From: Phoronis australis
Taxonomy: Eukaryota > Animalia > Phoronida
Direction of reading: 5' to 3'
Length of the DNA: 64,000 nt
Assembly (NCBI GenBank): GCA_002633005.1
Contig: NMRA01000440.1
Location: 1-64,000 of the forward strand
Shown here: positions 58,601-64,000 of the stretch, piece after piece
Position numbering within the stretch: position 1 is the stretch's first letter
How the letters are laid out: each line of letters begins with the position of its first letter
Notes under the pieces: generated by a model
What the model was told of the DNA's origin: nothing
Seen by the model: only the letters and a program-made list of their open reading frames with translations
Databases searched by the model: none
Position numbers and translations under genes: made by a program

Positions 58601-60360
58601 AATATAAGTAGCTATTAGTGACGGAGTTAACTGGAGCTGTTAACTGGGATCCAGGACCGGAGTTAAGCGTTCATATTGACTGCAACTCCCCCAAACCGTG
58701 GATGCGTCGATGTTAGTATGAAAGGCCTTGTGTGTCACAGTGGCTTTATATTCCAATTACTGTTGGTGCCATTAATATTCTAACTTGATGATATCTCACA
58801 CCTTTGTACATCAAATGATATCAAACCAAGTAGAACCATCATCAGAATCTCATTGATAAGACATTTTGTCTATCGATTAAAATAGAAATCTGATTTAGGA
58901 ATATTTGGGTTTTGTTACCGCAGTGTCTAACTGCGCGGTTTTTTCCATATTACAGTGTCCTATTGATTCTAATGGTGTATGTTTCTAAGGGTGTCAATTT
59001 CACCTCTCTCAACTGTAACTTTGGCTGGTAACATGACATTCTCTTGATCCTTGTTTTTCATGCAATTTAAAAGCAGATTGTTCCAATTGTTTTAGAACTG
59101 ACTGTGATTGTTGGTTAGTTTCTGTCGCGTGGTGTGAAACTGCTCATTAGTGCACTGTTAAGATATTTTAAGAACAATTGTTGTCTACTGTGAGATGAAG
59201 GTAAACACACAATGTGTGGTTGAAATTTCTCACTTTATCCCAACCACACATGCAGTGATTTCCAGTCAATATCCCTGTGCAAACTATTATCCCCACTTTG
59301 TCTTATTGAGCAGTCCTCCGAACAGTAGCATTGTTCACCTCAATCAATCTTAAGTTATTGTTTAAACCATGTAATTGGATAATTACCATGTCACCTCTCT
59401 AACTTGATAATCAATGGTAACTTCAGACACCAGTCGTCTTTATCCTATAAAGACTAAAGTTAAAAAGCTCTACTGGCAGTACTGGCAACTACCAGACACA
59501 GAATAACCTAATTTAGGCATATGCTGAACAATTATTACCTGTTGACTCTTTTAGTTAATGATTTCTGTGCCTTATACTCAGCTTGTGAACTTCACTGTTA
59601 CTTGATGTGATGGACATTCAGTCTACCACTTACTGCCTGTTGCTATGTATAGTTAGTCTGGTTGCTAAGTCAGCCATTAATAAACTAGCCTCAGGTGTGT
59701 TGTGATTGTGCAGGTTTTATTTACATAATGAAGGAGGTCATGGGCTATATGTTTGACTGAGACTTTCTATTCAGGGCAGGACTGTGCTCTTTGAATGGAC
59801 AGGCTTTAAGGGATTAAATTGTTATTGCATAAAATGTGTTAGTGGAAATGTGTAATAAAATTATGTGAGTCCCTAACCAGTCAGTAAATACAAAAGGTTA
59901 ATTTCACTGCTTGTAAATATTATGCTTGGTTGTGGAAAACCTTATGAAACCTTGTGTGATTTTCCCAAGCCTTGAAACCAATGTCATTAATACTTACAAA
60001 AGTCACATTTAGTTTTTTGCTTAAAATGAAAACATCAGGTGTGAAGTTTGAAACCTGGTGTGCTTTTCCAGAGCTAAAGTTACATGTTCTGTTTAATCAA
60101 AGAAATTGGATATTTTTGTGATTGTTCTATAATATAATTTGATTGTATGTTATTCTGGTGTCAGTCTAAAGTCTCATTTTGTGTACATTACCTAAATGCA
60201 CTCCTCCATTGCAGGTTACCATGACAAAGGCTCATACCCTGTTCCCAGCTTTTATAACCCCATACCTTGGAGAGCCCCGGACATACCCAAGGAAAAAACT
60301 GACAAACCTGTTAAGAAAAAGACCCTCAAATACAAATGGAATCCTGACAAATATTATTGA
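37674..60360 (+). CDS. CCDC34: Coiled-coil domain-containing protein 34; exons about 37674-37890, 40634-40844, 44287-44445, 46433-46628, 60215-60360
   Basis: Ser-rich N-terminus (DSTTSLCS), TAWETWLVRKEK, E/K/R coiled coil with repeated W residues, and PRPLNNSFGYTCGKLTG|YHDKGSYPVPSFYNPIPW, which matches my recollection of the CCDC34 C-terminal motif (GYANGKLTGFY..YPEPAFYNPIPW). First donor site unresolved. Confidence 0.88.
41495..41682. repeat. 47-bp tandem repeat, 4 copies
   Basis: GTAATTACTACTGAGAGCTAGTGTTTGCTGCCACTCCCTTCCAGCAT starting at 41495, 41542, 41589 and 41636. Confidence 0.95.
43456..44189 (-). mobile_element. Second hairpin-ended non-autonomous element (Crypton-like architecture)
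   Basis: TTTATCCCATACG (43456-43468) is inverted to CGTATGGGATAAA (44020-44032), followed by an about 160-bp imperfect palindrome 44027-44189. Confidence 0.55.
45366..46130 (-). mobile_element. Penelope-like element fragment (GIY-YIG endonuclease and 3' region)
   Basis: PRLVYRQPPNLRNMLVRS followed by FSCSSVGIVYLIRCGKCPHAWYFGET..RMNGHR..PIGEHF. Confidence 0.85.
46788..49315. mobile_element. Non-autonomous DNA transposon with about 95-bp terminal inverted repeats
   Basis: GATTACTCCAGACCTGTTTTTCAGTTAATAACGGCTTC..TCCGGAAGTGATGTTTAGGGGATTAAGAATTT (46788-46886) pairs with 49219-49315; internal 12-bp array (GCAAGAAGTCTC)n at 47190-47266; no transposase seen. Confidence 0.75.
49942..58229 (-). CDS. 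Ankyrin-repeat / Dpy-30-motif / coiled-coil protein (DYDC-related), nested in CCDC34 intron 4; exons 57981-58229, 56839-57039, 55548-55947, 55147-55382, 54331-54506, 52671-52942, 51067-51221, 50470-50670, 49942-50028
   Basis: All junctions GT-AG with matching phases; ankyrin motifs GKNVLHKA, RTALHYAA, GRTKLHYA, GRTALHKA, HTPLHYA; Dpy-30 motif [36 protein letters not shown]; stop TAA 49942-49944; minus-strand AATAAA near 49840. Confidence 0.9.
52040..52141. repeat. 15-bp minisatellite (GTGATGAGARGYGTGG-like) running into the N gap
   Basis: Visible repeats; probable cause of the gap 52142-52657. Confidence 0.85.
53690..54330. repeat. 66-bp tandem repeat, about 9 copies, starting at a splice donor
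   Basis: CCCCTTCCCTCTCCACTTAC recurs with 66-bp period (54330, 54264, 54198, ...), more degenerate away from the exon. Confidence 0.9.
55605..55755 (-). repeat. 27-bp coding tandem repeat encoding (SRPGSAVKG)n
   Basis: Translation SRPASTKKA SRPGSAAKG SRPGSGVKG SRPGSAVKG SRPGSAVKG SRPPS. Confidence 0.9.
56164..56598. mobile_element. hAT-like MITE
   Basis: TIR CAGGCCTTTAT / ATAAAGGCCTG; degenerate 8-bp flanks ATTGAGGT / ACTCAGGT. Confidence 0.7.
57308..57492. repeat. Degenerate tandem repeat of about 37 bp
   Basis: GGCTGTGCCAGGGTACATTGCTACCAAACTT-like unit, about 5 copies. Confidence 0.75.
58447..58459. promoter_or_regulatory. RFX X-box near the 5' end of the nested ankyrin/Dpy-30 gene
   Basis: GTTGCCTGACAAC, about 200 bp upstream (minus strand) of the acceptor of the ATG-containing exon at 58240. 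Confidence 0.55.
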
Positions 60361-61039
60361 CTGCGTCACACTGTCTGTGTGTTAACAGGAAATACAAGTA
60401 ATGTGTTGCTGCCTGCGATTTATGGGATATCTTTTGATTTAGTCCTGCATGTTTTCAGTTTTGATTTTGATTTTGATATGGATAAATAATTTATTCATTA
60501 TGACTTTGTTATCTTTTGATACCTACAAACTGTTTTGCAGTTTCTGATCTTTAAATATTTTTGGAAATAACTGTGAACAGAGTATCTATACGTCGTAATA
60601 AAATAATTGTGCCTTTGATTTCTTCTTCTTTTTCAGCGTTCCCGAGCCTTTGATTTAAAATGCAGGTTTTATTGTTTTAATTATTTTTTATCAAGTTACA
60701 CCCCAGTCGGGTAGTTTATCATGTCTGCTCTTTTTCACGACTCTTCCAATCGACTGATCTTTCAAGCAGCACCTCTCTCTCTCTGTTTAGCTGACTACCT
60801 GATAATTTGATATAAAGTCATAAGACATTTTTTATTTTCGTTTCTGTGATTCTTTTGCATTTGCCTTATTTTTGCAAATTTGTCTCTGTGTTCAGGTGCT
60901 AAAATTCAACAGCTGAAGTAAAAAATGTCTTTCAAACGCTGAGAGAATTTCCTGAAATTGGAGTCAGTCCCAGATAATAGGGTGTAGGGCCGTGTACAAA
61001 CCTGGAGCTCTGCAGAGGCAGGGACCAGTTGGTGTTTTG

Positions 61040-62045
61040 CACAATTAAAGCCCACTACTGCAAAAATCCCACTACTCCAAAAGCCCAGTACTGGGAATAA
61101 GACACTACTCTAAAAAGAAAATTTTGGAACTTTTTACTCCAAACTTACGGAGCTCATTTTCAAAATTTCATCAGAATCAGAAATTCAAAAATGATATTTA
61201 TGTATGCTTGATTCATCTAAGAAACACTTTTCTCATTTTTTTTTTTTGTAAATGCTGACCATGTGGTGCAAGAGTTATTGTTTGTAAACCACCTAAAGAT
61301 CATTTAGGCTAAACATGTTCACACATGGGTATTCTTACCATCATCAGAGTGTCTTTATGGGTTCCCTCAAACAAACACGTTATCAAGGGATACGAGAGTG
61401 TGCAAAGATGGTAGAAACAAGTCATTGTACTTCATTGTCACAATTTTATTTCCTAAAAAAGTAGAAAAATCATGAAATTGGAAAATATCCAAAAGAATGT
61501 TCTCCACACTGGATGTTCCCCCAACCGCTGGCTCATGTTCGCTTTCAAAAAATATTTATAAATTTCAATATACTGATGGAGGTTTTGAATGTTGTTAAAC
61601 TTGATATTAAGTGCCATCCGATCCTTTTTAGCATCTGTTTTTATGACGAATGAAAAGAGTTTCAGCTTATTTATTGTAGATTTGTCGAAAATATACGTGT
61701 CGTTAAACGTGCTTACTGTTGGAAAACATATTCCATTTTAACTACGTACAATAAAGACACTCTATTTTGACGTCCTTTTGCGCTGTCATTAATACTGAGG
61801 AACATGAACAAAAAATTGCTTACAAAAATTACCTTTAAAACATTGAGGCAAAGGTGAGAGGTCAAGGACACAGCGGTACTAGGAATATCGGGAAGACCCC
61901 TTAATGGATTTCAAACTCAGAGTAATGTTTTTGGAGTAGACGACGAATCGAGCATCAATATCGTTTTAAATTTAAAAAATTGGTTTAGTAGTCTTCGAAT
62001 AAATAAATTCAAAAAATGGTTGTTGTGAGCCTTCGGAGTAGTCAC
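61040..62045. mobile_element. Probable MITE with subterminal (CCCACTACTCC/GC)n repeats
   Basis: Tandem AAGCCCACTACT units at 61048-61112 and an inverse TTCGGAGTAGT at about 62031-62042; boundaries approximate. Confidence 0.4.
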
Positions 62046-62743
62046 CTGTTACTGTTTAGGACAAAGTTTAAAAACTTGAAAATGGGTTAGAGATGGACGT
62101 TATGGAGATCGAAAGAGGTAAAGCTCAACCATGGTGGCGTGAGGAAAGGGGTTGTGCCAAACACGGGGAGCAGCTCAAATTATCTGGGCTCGCAAAATTC
62201 TTACCACTCTGGGCCCCATTAGCCGGTTGCCTAACATGTGGTCCCAAATTGGGACTCCACTACTCACTTTTAATGTGACCCCCTCTTTTACTTATGATAT
62301 TCTCTAATAAATGTCTGAAAAATGATTTATTTCAATGGAAATAACTTGGATACAGTGACTATAGTGGGGGCGTTGCATGAAACGATCACTATTTGTTTTC
62401 AATATTATTGAGAATTCAACGCAGATATGTGTAAAAACTAACTCAAGTAAGAAATAACGATGAGTGTTTGCTGCGCAAACTAAGGACTATCGAGACAGTC
62501 CTGATTTAGACCGTGACTATACTGGCCATTTACAACTGGCTTCACTAGCCTAGACCAGGAAAAACATACTTGGTTCTGGTCTCCCACTCGTGATCTATGT
62601 ATATTGTTAGTAGAGATGTTGATGTCTTTGTTATTAGAGCTCGTGTTTATGGGAACAAGTTCCATATGGCCTAAATAAAAAGTTCAGGCCCTAAAAACAG
62701 TTGTGTTTACATAGCTAAAATCCGAAAATTACCCATAATTGCT

Positions 62744-63146
62744 TACCGGGAATTCCGACCTCCCGATGAAACACCATGGGCGTTTATTCGGAAAATTGTT
62801 TGGTGTTGCAACTTCTGGTGTCAAGTGTTTAAATAGCGAGACGTTTATTCGGAAAATTTCCTCTGAAAGCCTACTCAGCCTCAACTTTTTGTCAGAAATT
62901 TAGTTTTGTGGAGCATTTATCATTTTTGAGAACGAAAAATGTGTTTGCGAACTATGCATTTATTTATATAAAATATAAAAACTGCTTAAATAAAAAATAT
63001 CAAAGTCAGCGAAATTATGACTTTTCGTTTAAAAGCCCCATTTTTCCACATAAGCGCCCGGGCGTTTATTTTGTGTTACAAAAATTACTGAAATTTTGTA
63101 TTTTCCGAAAACACACTCATAGGCTTATCTACGGAAAATCCCAGAA
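62744..63146. mobile_element. Tc1/mariner-type MITE remnants
   Basis: TACCGGGAATTCCG, repeated GGCGTTTATTCGGAAAATT and GCTTATCTACGGAAAAT resemble Tigger/pogo-like MITE ends; degenerate. Confidence 0.35.
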
Positions 63147-64000
63147 GCTAAGTTTGTGTGTGTGTGTGTGTGTATTATTACTGTTTTCAGTTGTTTCTAT
63201 AATAGTTCATTTGTCCAATGTTTACCTGTTGCCCAGATGCCGTTTTTTGCCAATTCGATTTCTGAGAAGTAGGCCTGTTGTTACCTGTAGTATTTATCTA
63301 TACCCGTGAAGTAAAATTTTAATAAATGAAAAGTGTACCTTGCAAAGGAATCCAATTCAGCACTTCGTGTTGCTGGCAGCGTACAGTGTATTTGCCGGTT
63401 GCCCCACTCTTGGCGGACTGTTCCACTTTTTGATTTTTTTCTGCCACCCCGCCACACCATCTTAATGCTTCCGATTTTTGATACACGACCAAATTGATAT
63501 ATTATCATATGGTATTGTAATTTGCCACGTAACAGACCATGTTTCCCCGGTCCACTAAAAAGAAAACAAAACAATGAGACGCTTCATGAGTTCTTGGGGA
63601 ACCCACGACTTCACATTCAACCGTAAAAGAGTTGTTGGGCATTTTTGAGTGTTGTATCTCCCGTTCAACAAAAAAAACTGTCGGTACGTCTTTTGTTGGT
63701 TGCAGCGAACATTTCACTGTTACGTTTTAGCTTAGACCCACATCTCCCTTTTTTTTCCTGAAGTTCCGCTATATTTTCCGGGTTTTTTTTTGGTTCCTGA
63801 ATGTTGACCGTGACAACTATGCAACACGTGTTCAAAATATTATCGTCTCTTTTCTGAATAGTTTCCAAAGTCCGCTTCTTTTAGTAATATAACAATCGTA
63901 AAAATGTGCTCCAATGTCTCTTATTCAGGGCAACATACACTACGTGTATCAGGATTTATTTATTGTGATATTTAAAATGAGGGTGGCCTCTTCAGTGATG

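Noticed and set aside
63281-63868. Overlapping minus-strand short ORFs near the window end
   Set aside because: No recognisable domain and no consistent spliced frame.

Overview
Eukaryotic (metazoan, probably marine invertebrate) genomic DNA with GT-AG introns, dense transposon debris, two N gaps (4626-5559, 52142-52657) and several single-N joins. Four spliced genes were reconstructed by hand: a 5-exon cytosolic sulfotransferase (+, 9439-16541); a divergent 3-hydroxyisobutyrate dehydrogenase-like gene (-, 21075-27655) that appears to lack a mitochondrial presequence; CCDC34 (+, 37674-60360); and, nested antisense in the last CCDC34 intron, a 9-exon ankyrin/Dpy-30/coiled-coil gene with an internal duplication (-, 49942-58229). 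A decayed two-LTR Gypsy element (30577-36504) separates the head-to-head HIBADH-like and CCDC34 genes. Other elements include solo LTRs with target-site duplications (one 149-bp LTR carries a tRNA-derived sequence), CR1/L2, L1/Tx1 and Penelope fragments, MITEs and hairpin-ended elements. The most interesting signal is a set of RFX X-box-like motifs at the 5' ends of three neighbouring genes, suggesting a small cilia/flagellum gene cluster that includes an altered HIBADH paralogue. That interpretation is inference. All calls come from reading the sequence; no database searches were run.
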